Below are positions 1-16,795 of a stretch of 64,000 bases of DNA, piece by piece (the first letter of the stretch is position 1; each line of letters starts with the position of its first letter). Where the stretch lies: positions 256,270-320,269 of the forward strand of contig NW_005434640.1 of assembly GCF_000315625.1 (NCBI RefSeq), written 5' to 3'. Both the position numbers and the translations under genes were made by a program. The DNA comes from Guillardia theta CCMP2712. Its lineage: Eukaryota; Protista; Cryptophyta. The notes beneath the pieces were generated by a model. It had not been told where the DNA came from. It saw only the letters and a list, made by a program, of their open reading frames with translations, and ran no database searches.

Positions 1-3000
1 GTTGCCATGGACGGCGAAGAAGTGACATATCCATTGTTCGAACTTGACTGCTTGCAAAGTCACCACCTCAAGTGGTGCACAGGTACGGTACCTGCAAGCT
101 GGAGTACGCCATCTTCACGGGTGTGTTGTTGGAGGGAGGGACCTGGCAGTCAAAGATTGGAACAAGAACAGGAGGAACAGGAAACGAGTGACTTCACTAC
201 CTCGAGCGGCCTTGAGGTCTTCGGGGCGGTATCGGGGAAGATGAATGCCTCCCTGCTGTAGTCCTCGAAATCCCTGAAGGGAACAGAACAATTCTGCAGC
301 GCTCTAGCAAGTTCCTCCTGTCACCTTCCCGTCAGCTCAAGTCTCGAGCACAGTGTGGGGAGTAGGATGTGGAGCAAGTCAAGACTTGTGACCTGGGACT
401 TGTGCAGCATCTCCCACTGCTTGTGAAGCTCTTCGTGTGATCTCTTGAAGTCATTGTCGCTCTGCATTCTCATCCTCTCCTTGTCCACGATCTTCCTCCC
501 GTCCTCGTAGGCTCTTTCCAGCACATGCTGCAAGTCCCCGTTCTCCAAGGAGAGCATCCTCTCCTGCACTTTGGCCTCGTAGAGCTGCTTTTCTTTGTCT
601 ATCATGGCTGACTTAAGACAAGACGATCACACGCTTCCAGCTCGCTCACCGATTCTTGCATCCTCCAGCTGCATCTTCAACACCTCCATGGCCTCAATCT
701 TCTCGGGTTCCTTTGCAGTCTCTCTCTCCAACTCTTCGCTCATCTGCCTTTCTCTTTCCAGAGCTCTTGCTTTCTCTGCCTCTGCATCCTGGCACGCAGA
801 CGTGTTGAGCGGCAAGAGGGCGATGATAAAAGTTGTTACCTTGAGTCGGTTCTGGGCACCTGAAAGGTCCACGTGGACCTTGTTCTTTTCCTCTTCGATC
901 TTGTACAGATGGTCTCTGAGGACTGCAATTCTCTCTCGAAGAGCCTATACCAACAATTCAGCCTGCCATGCACAGGGTTGAAACTGAATCATCTGACCTC
1001 TGCCAGACTTTCTTCTGCCTGGAGTGCGGCCTCAAGGCTTTTGTTCTCCTGCAGAGATCAACCATTCAGAGAATGGCATTGCACGAAACCTGACTACTTC
1101 ACCTGTCCCATGCGCATAGCATTCTCTTCGAACTTCGACTGCTTGGTATCCAAATCCTCCTTGGTCCTTCTGTACTCCTTCAGATGAAGCATATCAGTAC
1201 AACTGAATCGCAGACACCGTTGCTTACATCTTTGGTGCTGTTCAATCGCTTTTGAAGCTCATTTTCAGACTTGCGGTATCTTTCCAAAAGTCATCGATAC
1301 CTTGAAGGTTTTCAATCGCGATATTTACCTGGCATTTTCCTCAGCTCTGCTTTCTTGCTCAAAACGCAGAGCGTTCTCCATTCTTTCTCTTTCATTCTCA
1401 AGCTTCTGCTTGAGATCGTCGATGATCTTCTCACGCTTTTTGATCTATCATTTCATAAGAATTTTCTCATCTCAGAGTCATCTTTTGTATTTATGCCACC
1501 TGCTCTTCTACTTCCATGATCTCAGCCTGAATGTTCTTGTTCTTATTTTCCTTCTCTGCCCTTGCCGAATCAATGTTCGATCTGGCTTCTTCAGCTTCTT
1601 GGAGCATTTGGTTCAGTCTGTTGTTGTCATCTTGAAGCTGAAGTTTGGCATGAAAATCAATAATTCAAGTCACATTAGAAAACGCAAGACCTTGTTCTTC
1701 TGCTGAAGATTTCTAGAAATTCTGGACTGAATCATCTGCGCAAAATTTGAGCCCGTCCAACAGCACGAGGGTGCAAAACCTCTCTCTTGCGAATGATCTC
1801 CTCGATTTCAGCCTGAGTGTCCCTGCAGGTCTTTTCATACCTGTATGTGAACAATCAGGACGAACAAGACCAACACAAGCTTGCTCTGTGAAAACAAACC
1901 TGCTCCTCTCTTCGTCAATTGCCATGAGCTCCCTTTCTCTTGCCTCCCTCTCTCTACGATCTCTCTCCACTCTGACCAGGAGCACGGAGTTCAGTACATC
2001 TTACACTGCAAGCGGAGAAACGTACTCAGCTTCCATCCTTCTCTTCAGTTCGCTCTCTTCTTGCTCGAGGCTTGAACGCTTGTTAATTTCGCTCTGAAGA
2101 TAGTTCTCTTGCTCCAACTTGTTCTTGCGGGTAGACTGATGTACAGGTGAACACCAAGAGCACTGAGAGACTGAAACAAGACCTCTAGAGACTGATGCGC
2201 ATTGGCCAGCTTGTCCTGGGCCTGTGTGAGCCATCCTCTGAGCTGCTCGAGGCTCCTCATGTCCTGGTCGCGTTGTTCTCTGAGGGGGAGCATCAACAGT
2301 GAGAAACTTCCATCTCGATGATGATGGTGTGTTACTTGGCCGCTATGACTCTCGTTTCAATCTCTTGCTTCTCACGACGATACTGGCTGACGGAGTACTG
2401 CAAGCTATGCAACCGCTCCTCCGTTGTGCTGGGTTTCAAATAACGCAAGGAAGACAACAGTTTGTGAGTTCTTTTCATACCGAAGCAGACGTCTCAGCTC
2501 ATCGATTTCGCTTCTGTCAGAGTTGGTGTCGTTTTCCAGCATGCTCAACTTCACAAGGCAGCAATCACACAACGAGAGTCAAAGCTTGAGCATGTACCTT
2601 GGCACGAAGGTCCTCCCTCGTTTCTTCCGCGGACTTGTAAGCAAGTCTGATTCGGTCTACTTCTTCCTGTAACGGTTGTTACCTCCACAACATCGCATCC
2701 TAGTTGATTCACAGAACCTGCAGCCTAACTTTTTCCTTGAGTTGGGAGAAGAAGGAGGCATTGCCCCTGATCAGCGACACCTTGTACTCAAACAGCTCTC
2801 CATCTGCACTCTCACGCAAGAACTGCAATGTCACGAAAGTCCCTATTTCCCCGAGGATTAGAGAGCGAAGCTCAGACATCGCCGACCCCTTCACTTCCAC
2901 CCCGTCGACCTCTTGGATTATGTCGCCCACTTGGACGGTTCCCTCGCGATCTGCCGAGGTTCCCTTCACAATAGACTTGACGAAGACGATGTTCTTGTTC

Positions 3001-3252
3001 CCCTCCTTCGGAGCGAAGAAGATTCCAACTCCAGCCTTGTCTGAGGAACGCGGTCATCATGAATGAACGCACAGGACGGGCATTCTTACTGCTGTCCATG
3101 AGCTCTTCGTTGTTCCCAGAGCCATACTTGGCCGATTGACTGTTCTTGGTGGTGCTTGGCGATGTGTTGGTTAAGGTTGGAGTTATGGGCCTCCCCATCG
3201 TGTATGTGACGCCAGGCGGGCTGGCGTTGTTGGACATGAAGCTATAGTTCAT
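1..3252 (-). CDS. Multi-exon PDZ-domain plus long coiled-coil protein (3' end beyond window start)
   Basis: PDZ-like segment GVGIFFAPKEG..VKSIVKGTSADREGTVQVGDIIQEVDGVEV..LRSLILGEIGTFVTLQFLR at ~2820-3035. Many short E/K/R-rich exons follow, separated by ~50-nt introns. Confidence 0.75.
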
Positions 3253-4796
3253 CTTGACCTGTAGGCGTGTATCAGGCAAGCTCCAGCAGCAAGGTTGATT
3301 CCACAAACATGTCAGATTCCTTCCATTCTAAGTCGTGCGCACAAAGGGTTTCTAAAAACCTCTACTGTAACTTCTATTACATTGATCTCAATTTTTCGAT
3401 CCCTTCATGAATGAGAATATTCCTCGCATCACTCTCCCTTCGAAGCGTTATTTTTTCAAACCTAGTAGTTTCTCATTCCATTCCTTCCAACATGCATGTC
3501 CAAACGATGCATCAAAGTACATTCCTCCATCGTCTCTACATCATCTCGTGATATTGCTGGATATTGCCATAGAATTCAGTATTCTTTCTACATCCCTTGA
3601 TTTCCCAGTTTCAAAAAACTTAAGAATCCTTTGTCAGTCTTTTGAATACCATTCTATCCTTCACAATGATCACTTGTTCTCACTCCTGATGTACCGTATC
3701 TTGCCTACTATCTTCTCCCATCCTCTCCTCTCAGTCCCTCTTCATCTTCCTCCTTCTCCTCCCTCCATCAAGGTTCGTCCCTCCATCCCCGTCCGCGGCC
3801 ACGGGGCAGCCACAACAGCTCATTTCAACTTTTTTAAAGTGTCAATGGCTATTTTCAAATTGTTCCTGATAAAATCAGGCTGTTCCTCAAAATGCCCGTA
3901 CGGTTACCAGTAACAGGCCCGACTCCGGGTCCGTGCAATTGGAAGTTGGCCAGTACGAGACATCTTATACCCCTCTATTTCCCATAAATCAAATAGCAGA
4001 AGGGTACATCTTATATGACAGGTGTTGCCAACTTCAACAAAATCAGTTGGACCCTCTCCCCCTCCACCGGCCCCTACCGGCCTATCAAGTACCCCTGGGT
4101 TCCCGGAAAGACCGGCGGTACCCTGATTTAAATCGGTTGAATGCTTCGAATTTTATTGGATCCGATAGTTGGTCTGATCTGATCTGCGATGGATTTTATT
4201 CGCCTAAATCGATTCAAATCATCACACAATCGCCGTCGGATTTTTGACGGCGATCATGCTGGGGTTGACCCGTCTCTCCCTCTCGCCCGTCCTCGTCTCC
4301 TCGTCCCCCCCCTCCCTCCTCCCCCCTCGGTCCTCCGCTTCTCCTTCTCCTCCTCGACTTCCCCAGCGCACCTCGCCTGCTCCTTCCTCGACCTCCCCAC
4401 TTCACCTCCGGGCCAGTTCCGAGTTAAGTCCGCAAGCTGGCCAATTTTTCACTTCTCCGTCCCCGCCGCATGCACAACAAATCTCAAGTTCGGCAGTGCA
4501 GCTCGTTCCCTCCCTCAGGCTGAAGCAGCTGCCTCACAGCATGCATGCATCTTCAAGAGCTCAGTCGTCTAGGTCGCCTGCGGGGGTATCAACGAGCAAA
4601 AAAGGGTCTGGGAGCGAGAGAGAGTCGAGGACGAGTGCGGAAGTGATCTGGTAGAGAGAGAAGGCAGAGAGATGTTGCAGCAGGTGAGCTGATGGTTCCT
4701 GCAGGGGGTTTCACAATCATCTTCGATTTTCAGGTGCGATTTTTACCATTTGTATGCATGCCAATCTCATCGTTTACAGATGGTAGGGGGGCAGGG

Positions 4797-5850
4797 ATGG
4801 TGGAAAGGTCGAAGCAACGAGTTCGCAGTGTCAGTCCTCCTCGGAACCTGACTCCTGAGGAGAAAGTTGCGAAGCAGCATGCCCTTGCGGCGGAGGGGAA
4901 GGTGGAGGAGATCGTACCGGGGATCGAGAGCTGGTAAATGGGATTGGCAGCACTTTTGCATCGGACTGAGGTTTCTCAGGCTGAGAAGGACGGGGAAGAT
5001 CCTTGGCAAGAAGGAGACGAGGAGAAGGAGGCCTGTATATAGCAACATCGTCGTGACGATCACAGGAGAGAGTCAGAGACAACAACGGCCCGCCCACGGC
5101 TACGCGCCGTCGGAAGCCGGGGCATCGGAAGAGGCCTGCTCTAGTCTACTTCACTGCATCAGGTGCAGGACGGGAGCTGATGCAGCCTCCTGCCCACCTG
5201 ATTGCCGTGCAGGAACCTCTCGCGGAAGGTGGAGCAGCTGGGGAGGGAGGGTGTGATCTCGATGCACTTCATCCTAACAAGTGATACATCCTCCTCTTCC
5301 TGACTTTGCCCGACCTCACCCGCACGACTGTCAGGGCTCAACGTCTCCGAATGGAAGGAGCTTGCGGAGATGCCCGTCGTCTGTGACGAGAGTTTGAAGG
5401 CGAGATGTTGCCAACTCCCTTGCTCCTTGCTCCTTGCTCCTTGCTCTCCCTCCCTCTCCTCTGGTATCTCTCTCTACCCCTTCTCCTCAGTCTACGCGCC
5501 CCTTCTTCTCGCCGACGTATGATGTTGTCTTGAGGATCACTGAAGGTGTTCTGCAGGACGGGCAAGAGAGGCAGCTGCTGATTCAGAAAGAGCTTGCAAC
5601 AAGACTCGCGATGCTGCAAGCAGCTGTAGATGAGGTGAAGTCTGTTCAAACTGTGAGGAACGTGTCGCTGTTTGCTGTTGTCGACCTTGCATTATGATGA
5701 TATGAACAAAACTCGATGGTCTGCGCGATGTTATGGACCAGATTGTTCTGCCTTCCGTATTGTTTCTTCTCTTGCCATCCCGATTGCACGAAGACGGCGG
5801 AGTGAAAAGAAGTCTTTCTGACAGGCGATGGAGGTCCAGGACGAAGGATC
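4797..5850 (+). CDS. Hypothetical multi-exon protein
   Basis: ATG at 4797 (MVERSKQRVRSVSPP), a GTAAAT...CTCAG intron, and a later coiled-coil exon (LLIQKELATRLAMLQAAVDE). The 3' end is uncertain. Confidence 0.45.
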
Positions 5851-6047
5851 ACTTGAGTTCAGAGAAGCGATTCAGTGGGGGTGCGTGCAAGTCAGCAAGT
5901 AGCAGAACAAGTGGAAGAGCCCCGCCATTCGTGCTGTTTGCACAAGATACCCAACTGGGGGGGAGGAGGTCTACTTGGCAACTTTGTTCGGTTGTTCTAC
6001 AAGTTGGTTGTATTCTACAATCTTTGCAAAGATCTGTCACGTTTGCA

Positions 6048-9532
<3,485 letters not shown>

Positions 9533-10183
9533 GGCGCCCGGCATTTCGGCAATGGCACGTGCGGGTACCTTGTTGGTACCTTGCAAGTCACGATACTGAG
9601 GCAGGCCTGGTAAGTTGGTATGGTGTTGCCCGGTCCGATTGGCATGTTCGCCGTCGCACTGGCAGGCTGCGGCCCGGCCGGCCAGCCGCCCGGGCCAGCC
9701 GGGCCCCGAAAGTTTAGCCAGCCGCTGAGCGGCCCCGGCGGCGCCGGGTCGTGGTCATTGTGACGGCCCGGTCTGCCCAGCCTGAGGGCCAGTGACTCAA
9801 GCTGCCTGAGCCGCCGCCCCGGCCGCCAAGGCGTCGCGGTCACTCGGAATCATAGCTGAGTCATTGAAATCGGGCTGGCCGGAACTAAGTTCCAAACACC
9901 TATGTGATGGAATCTTTACTCAAAGTTAAGTTAAAAATGGAATGATGCGGCGGGTGGCTGCCACAGTCAGTTGGAAACCGTCACGGAGCATTCTGGCATT
10001 CGGACCAGCCGCGAGCCGCCCTACGGACGGTCTGGCACCTGGCATGGGATCGTATCCAGCTGTAGCGCTGAACTTGCGAGCATCACAATCATTCGGTTTC
10101 TGGAGGATTATCTCCGTTGTCCCCCGACACCGTCCCTGACGGATTCTTTTCTGCCGCAATGATCACAAACTTATTGCTCTGGC

Positions 10184-11154
10184 TCATATCAAGACATTCA
10201 AACCTTCATCTTCGTCATACTCAGCGGAAGCATACAGTGGCTTGCTGGCGTTTGACAGCTCCTCTTGCACTCTCCTCACCTGATCCGAGTTGTCACCAGC
10301 AGCAGCCGAGTTCAGCACATGGACGCAAACCCGTTCGATCTCCTCCTCCACCTGGTTCAAGCGAACATTGGGGTCCTTGTTGAAAGCACCTGAGTACCCC
10401 AGCACCCTCCATGCCGGATCAGAACCTGTTCGAGAAGCATGGCGTTCACTTCGGTCTCCGAAATCTCTACTTCCTGCTCCTCCTTCTCCTGCCGGGTCCC
10501 TTCGAGCTCATTGGCGCGCATGCCCTCTTCCAGCTCCTGCGTGGGGGGAGCGCAGTAAGGACAAGGAGGAGGGAGGTGTTGGCAGATACTTCAGTTCGCA
10601 CGCGGACTCTCTCCAGCTCAAGGATTCGCTTCAGCGCGTTCATGTCCCGAGCCGCCAGCACAGTCTCAACACTGAATCGAACCAAATCCACCTCCTGCAA
10701 TGCCCCATCAAAAAACAACAGATCACGGTTGGGGCAACTTGAAGGGACGACGGAGGTGAGAGGTGGAGGGGAGGGTGGAGGAGGGAAGGGGAGAGAGGAG
10801 GAGGAAAGAGGAGGGGGGAGGGGGGAGGAGCGGGTGGTGGTGGAGTACCAAAACTCTGCTCTTCTTCAGCAGTAGCGAGCGGTCCTCGTCTTCGTCCTCG
10901 CTCTTGATGCAGATGACGTCGACGCTGATCAACAATCAGCAGTGAAGGGCATCAGTGAAGCCTCCGGCCCACCTGAGGAAACCCTGGGGGCACGACTGCA
11001 CCTCGGAAACACTTATGACATAATGATCCTCTTCCCATCCCTGGAAGACGCGATGAGCCCCTCCTTCGAACATCGTCAAGTGTTCTCTGACCTTGTCTCT
11101 GAGCCACTGCCTCGATGCCTCCACCGCCCTCTCATGTGAGGCTTCCTCCGACAT
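10184..11154 (-). CDS. Hypothetical multi-exon protein
   Basis: Successive exon-like ORFs (MSEEASHERAV.., FFDGALQEVDLVRFSVE.., LGYSGAFNKDPNV..) separated by GT-AG introns. Confidence 0.5.
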
Positions 11155-14100
11155 CGGCCGGTGTTGACGGCGTCCCTGAACGAGGAGGCGTCCAGACTAC
11201 CTCTACAACATGACGTCAACGCGAAGAGTTCAGCTCCAGCGACAGATTGATAGACGAAGGGAGGTACAACAAGAAGCAATCAGCAGCGGTGGTGGTGGTG
11301 GTGTGGGGAGGAGGGCAGGGAGAGGAGGGCGGGAGCTGGGAAGAATGCAGAGGACGTGCATGTGCCTTCATGTGTAATAATGGAGGAAGTAAGGGGGGGG
11401 GGGGGGGGGGGTGTGTGGAAGGATGCAGAGGAGGTGCGAGGCGGGTTGTGGGGAATTTCGACGTGGAGAGTCAGCAGGAATATGAGGGGAGGGGGGCAAA
11501 GCGAAAAGGTGATGATCAGAGACTGATGGTGGTGGGTTAATAATAGGGCTGTGAAGCCATAAGAAAGGGAAGGGGCATGTCAAGCCTTGATGATCGCCCC
11601 GACAGACATCGGGGGGGTCGAAGGAGGAGATTTGGAAAGGTCGAGAACGAGGAGCAGGAGAGGAGCAGAGGCAGGAGGGAAGGAGGTGACAGGACCGACA
11701 GGCAGCAAGGCATGGAGGAGAGGAGAGAGAGGGAAGGACAGAGGAGACAGCGACGATGTACCGGTGAGGTGAGGTCAGGAAGGAAGGGGAACGTTTGTGC
11801 CCTGGTCCTGAGTCCGAGCCTGTGTCCGAGTGAGTGAAACGCGCGGCCTGTCAAATTGCGAACGCCGGGCCCGGGCGTGTCACAGTGGCTGATCCGCCCC
11901 CCCCGCGGCCGCCGGGCCCGGCCCGTCCCCGGCCCGGGCGGCCCGGGCGGCCAATGCTATGGCCCGGGCCATGGCATTGGCGCCACCCGGTGACGCGGCC
12001 GGCGCCGGGGCCCGACCCTGGCCCACCGGCGTACTACACGGTACTAGGCGGCTAGCTAACGGGTTCCGGCCCACAGGCAGTCAAATCGTCTGACACTCAA
12101 GTCCCCCCGCTCGCCTTTTTGGCCCCCTTCACAGTCACCCTGCCCCCTTCAAGTGAGAGTCGACCGAACTGTAGAACAAGTTTTAAATCCTGCTGCCTAA
12201 AATGATTTTCAGTCATCGTGGTACAAGCGGTGAGGGAGTTGACTCGTAGCAGACTGTACCAGTAGGGGTTTCACTTGGTACGAGCAAAAAGATAGGATCC
12301 CTAGTCTAAAACTATTTTTAAACACCTCACCATTTTCCGCACCTGGAAGTGCAAGCATGTAACAAATCTGCTCTTACATGGGAGGGGGTACCTACCCCAG
12401 CTCAAGATTTGCTGAAGTGCTACCACTACCCCTGTGTTCTAGTATTTGAGGAGTCACACATCCCGTCATGGGATCCACCACTACCCCTCAATTGCCCTTA
12501 CGCCCCAATGCCTTGCAACTGGTCACCCCACCCCCACTGACCTCTGAACGGACTACCCCTACCTGACTCGATTCAGGGAACACCACCCCCATGGGATATC
12601 ATTCCTCAAAGTTCGGGTTCGACATGGTCACGCGACCAGGACAACCGTGGTCAATCGTTGCGGGTTCCGAACCCGCCTCGTGACTTGCTTACACCCAAGC
12701 TCTACACCCCGTTCTTCCAGGTCATTCACACCCGTACTCAGTCATTTCTTTCCCCTACAAATCCTTCCCCTGACCCTTCAATTTGTTTGTCAGACGCCCC
12801 ACCCCCACCCCCTTTTCCTACTTTCATAACACCCTTTTTACACTGTATCCAACGTTTCCCTGCACAGGAGTGTTTCTAGTACCCCTCTTCACCTATAGCA
12901 CATCCCTGGAGTCGGGTGGTAGGGTCTCTTCTTCTGTGTGGGTGGGGGGTCGCCCGAAGATCTTTCTTTGAGTAAAAACAATCCCCGGGTACAAGTGCCC
13001 CATTTTAAAAAAGAACTTTATGAAGCTGTATCAAGAGGAATAAATGTACTATTGTATACATCCAAGCAATATTTTTAAAAGAAATTTTTTGTTTTAATTA
13101 TTACCTACTTCATTATATAAGTATTTAACATATAAAACTTTTATACCCCTTTGCAGGGTCCCAGGGATGGGGGGGTCGTAACAGGACCCCTGTATACTCT
13201 TTAATACCCCGTCCAGACCCAACAAATCAATGGGTGGTAGGTATAGCAACAATATAGGGTATCAAGATAGGGGTTGCAAGTTCGGTTTGCTTTAGGAGTG
13301 GGTGGGTGCTCCACAAATCGTGAACCAGGGGGTACTGGGGTCATTGATCCTGCTTTACGACTGGTGGGTAGTCAATTCAATGGTTCTAAGTAAGGTGCCG
13401 TATCTGCCACCTATTTGTGGTAGGTGGGGGTACATTGACTAGGGGTACAGAAGATATGGCTGCCAGGGTACAAAAGGCCTTGGGGTAACTACCCAAGGAA
13501 AGAAGAATGGAAATTCATCTGGTTCCGGTGCTTTCGAAGTGACAACAAAGGGGTAGGGGTAGGTCAATCAGGGGTACTGATTGAGAAATGGATTTTGAAC
13601 ATGATCAGGCCTATGGGGTAGTGCCATTATATCAAAAATAAGGGGTAGTGAGTGGCATATGTATAAAACATAGGGGTACTTCCTCCCAGAGAATAGGCGG
13701 TGCATTAATTCCATGAGGGGTGGAGGTGGTTTACGGATGGTAAGGTGGAACAGGTAGGGGTGGGTGGAACAAGGGTAGTAGGAATGAGTGGGGAAGGGTA
13801 GTACAGACTTTTGAGAAAGGTGAGGGGATGTCGAAAATGCGAAGGCAACTAGCAGAAAGGCGAAGGAGGTGGGAGGCGTAAGATGAGGGCGGGCAGCAAG
13901 AGAAAGGGGGAAGGAGAGAAATGTACGATGAACAAGTAAGATGTACCTGAGTGAGACATGAAGAAAGGAGAAGGATGAGTTGGATGGACGCGGAAAGGTG
14001 CAAGTAGGGACGACGAGTTGGAAAATTCTTTCTCAATGCGTTCTTAGTTTTTCAGGTGGTATGGGAAGAAGTTGAGTGTTTGCAATGTGCTGCTTATGAT

Positions 14101-14459
14101 TCGAAATGGGTTGATATGAAAGATTGAGGCGTTCGATGCAAGAGAGTCGATGGTACTGTGTTACGAAGCGTCAGTTGTAGGGTGTTTTCTTAAAGCGCAA
14201 AGAAAGCAGGCATCGGACATTGTGTTGTAACACGTTGGTACGAAGTGATCCTTCAACTTTGAGATATGTATTTGTTGATGTCGACTGGATGGGCTGCACC
14301 GCGTATAATTGTTAGGATGACACGAAGAAGATGTTTGTGCTAGTTCGGATATCCTGTTGTGAAAAGTCCTAGAAAGACCAGGGTCATCCTCTGCGACTTC
14401 TTTCGCATGTTCTTATCCCTGCTGACCTGTTGGGCGGGCGCAGATATCACGACACCTGC

Positions 14460-15895
14460 ATGGACAAGTGTCCACGCGCCTCCATGTGGCCTTTGCACAT
14501 GATCAATGCCCACGATAGCTTGCAGCAGATCTACTCGTTCAGGGACAAGCTGCCACAGGCCAGTGGCTGGATGGCGGATCACCGAGCTCGCAGCTCGAAA
14601 AGCAGCAGGTCCACGGCCTTGCAGGGGATGACGAGCGATGCCTGGACGGCAGCCAAGAGCAAGGAGCTGCCTGCTGAGCTCCGAGGGCGGGAACCGCAGA
14701 GACATCCGAGCCAGGCCATTCAGGACTCGAGCAGGACGAGGCCTCTTCCTGTGTACTCGTACCCGATCATACAAGGAGCAGGTCCATGGGAGTCTTACGA
14801 GAACGGAGAACCGAGGGCATTCACACCCTACCGCCCAGGCACCCTCGGCGGCTCTTCCCCTTCCTCCACCTCCTCTTCCAAGGACAACCGCCTGGTCACC
14901 GTGGGTCAGGTGGGAGGAAAGCAGGAGAAAAAGTCGGGCTCGAAGAAGAAGCAGCAGAAGATGCAGACCAAGGTAGCGCAGCCGACGCAGACTGAGTACG
15001 GGGATATCGCGATCTTCCCAAGGAGGAAGGCGGGGCAGTCGGGGATGGGAAGCAACCGACCACCCGTGGTAGTGACGCGCGAGGTGCTGGAGAGTCACTT
15101 CAACATGCCTCTACTTGCAGTCTGCAAGAAACTGGTGAGAGGAGGAGGAAGAGGGGGGAGGGCGAGGGGGAGGGACGGAAAGTCTACTTGATGGAGGATG
15201 CTGACCGGGATTCTTGGCAGGGACTTTGCGCTACGGTGCTCAAGAAGGTTTGCAGGCAGTTGGGAGTACACAAGTGGCCGTACAAGGAGACGAAGCTGAC
15301 GGCGAGGAGGCAGGGCAGGCTGCTGTCCAACGGCATGATCGCTTCCTCCCCCGTTGACAGGCCAAAGGAGGAGGCAGAGAAGGCCATCACGCCCAAGAAG
15401 GAGGAGCACGCCCCAGCTGTAGGTTCAGCAGCGGTAAGGAAGGAGCTCTACAGCCCGGTTGCCTTGAGACCTGCTGTGCAGCAGAGGCCAGTCAGGACTG
15501 TCGTCAAGACGCTGGACTCCGTGGAGCCCAGGCACAGCTGGAGCGAAACTGACAAGGCTCGGGGCATCTGGATGAGCTCCCAGCACGAGGACATGTCGGA
15601 GCTCAACGTGGAGCCGGGGGACGCGGACTTGGAGCTCTGGCAGGAGGTGGAGGGAGGAGCGGAGGGGCAGGGTGGAGGGCAGGAGGCGGCCGCCATGTCC
15701 TCGAACGCTGGCGTGCCGGTGAGCGGGGAGGCGATCGGGGGAGACGCGCAGCTGGAGATGCTGATGGGGGACGGAGGATGCGACGACATGCGGTGGCTCT
15801 TCGCCGAGCCCCCCAGCAGCTGCCTGCCTGACGCCCGGGAGCTGGAAAGTTCCCTACTGGGCCCCTTGCAGGCGTTCCCTACTGATAGTAACTAG
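14460..15895 (+). CDS. RWP-RK domain transcription factor
   Basis: VTREVLESHFNMPLLAVCKKL|GLCATVLKKVCRQLGVHKWPYK joined across intron 15135-15220, matching the RWP-RK domain pattern. Confidence 0.88.
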
Positions 15896-16197
15896 AGGCG
15901 CCGAGGAGGAGGAGGAGGAGGAGGAGGAGGAGGAAACCTGTTGTAAGTTTAGGCTGTAACTCTTAACTTGTATTGAATCGCGGTGATCAGCGAGGAGGTG
16001 AAGGGTGGAGGGAGGGATGGACATTTAGCTGAAACAAGGGTGGAGGACTTGAGCTGCGATCCTTTCCCTTGTCATTCGAGTTGGAGGAAGAGCAGACTCG
16101 ACTGTTGTTCATTGTTGACGACGAGGAAATTGTTTACAAGTTTCTATGTGGAATTGTATAGAACGACAAGAACAAGTTCAATCAATGTGAGAGTGCT

Positions 16198-16757
16198 TCA
16201 ATGCTGTGTTGATAACGCTCTGAGCAGCAACTTGGCTCTTCTGAGAACCTCCTCCTCCTCCTCCTCCTCCTCCTCCTCCACCTCCTCTCCTTCCCCGTTC
16301 CCCTGCCTCCCCTCTTGCCCATCCTGTGGGTTCTCCCTTCGCTCCGTGTTCATCACCTCCTGCTCGATTTGCAGCCGAAAGTCGCTCTCCTTGCGGAGAA
16401 TGCCCTGCAGGAGTTTCAGAGGAAGGCTGTTGGACAGGAAAGACAGCAGGCAAGAGCAACGAGGCAGGAAAGAAGAGAGGAGGAGAGGAGAGGAGACGGA
16501 GAGCAGACGGAGAGGAGAGGAGACGGAGAGGAGAGGAGAGGAGGTGGAGAGGAGAGGAGGCGGAGAGGAGAGGAGAGGAGAGGAGATGAGATGAGAGGAG
16601 AGGAGAGGAGAGGAGAGGAGAGGAGAGGAGAGGAGGGTCACGATCTCTCCTACCTGGATGTCACAAGCAAGAGGTTTGAGAACATTCTCGCTGAGGTGAT
16701 CGCAAATGTGTCTGATACGATCAGAGAAACCAATTTCTCCTGCTTCCTCCTCCTCTT

Positions 16758-16795
<38 letters not shown>

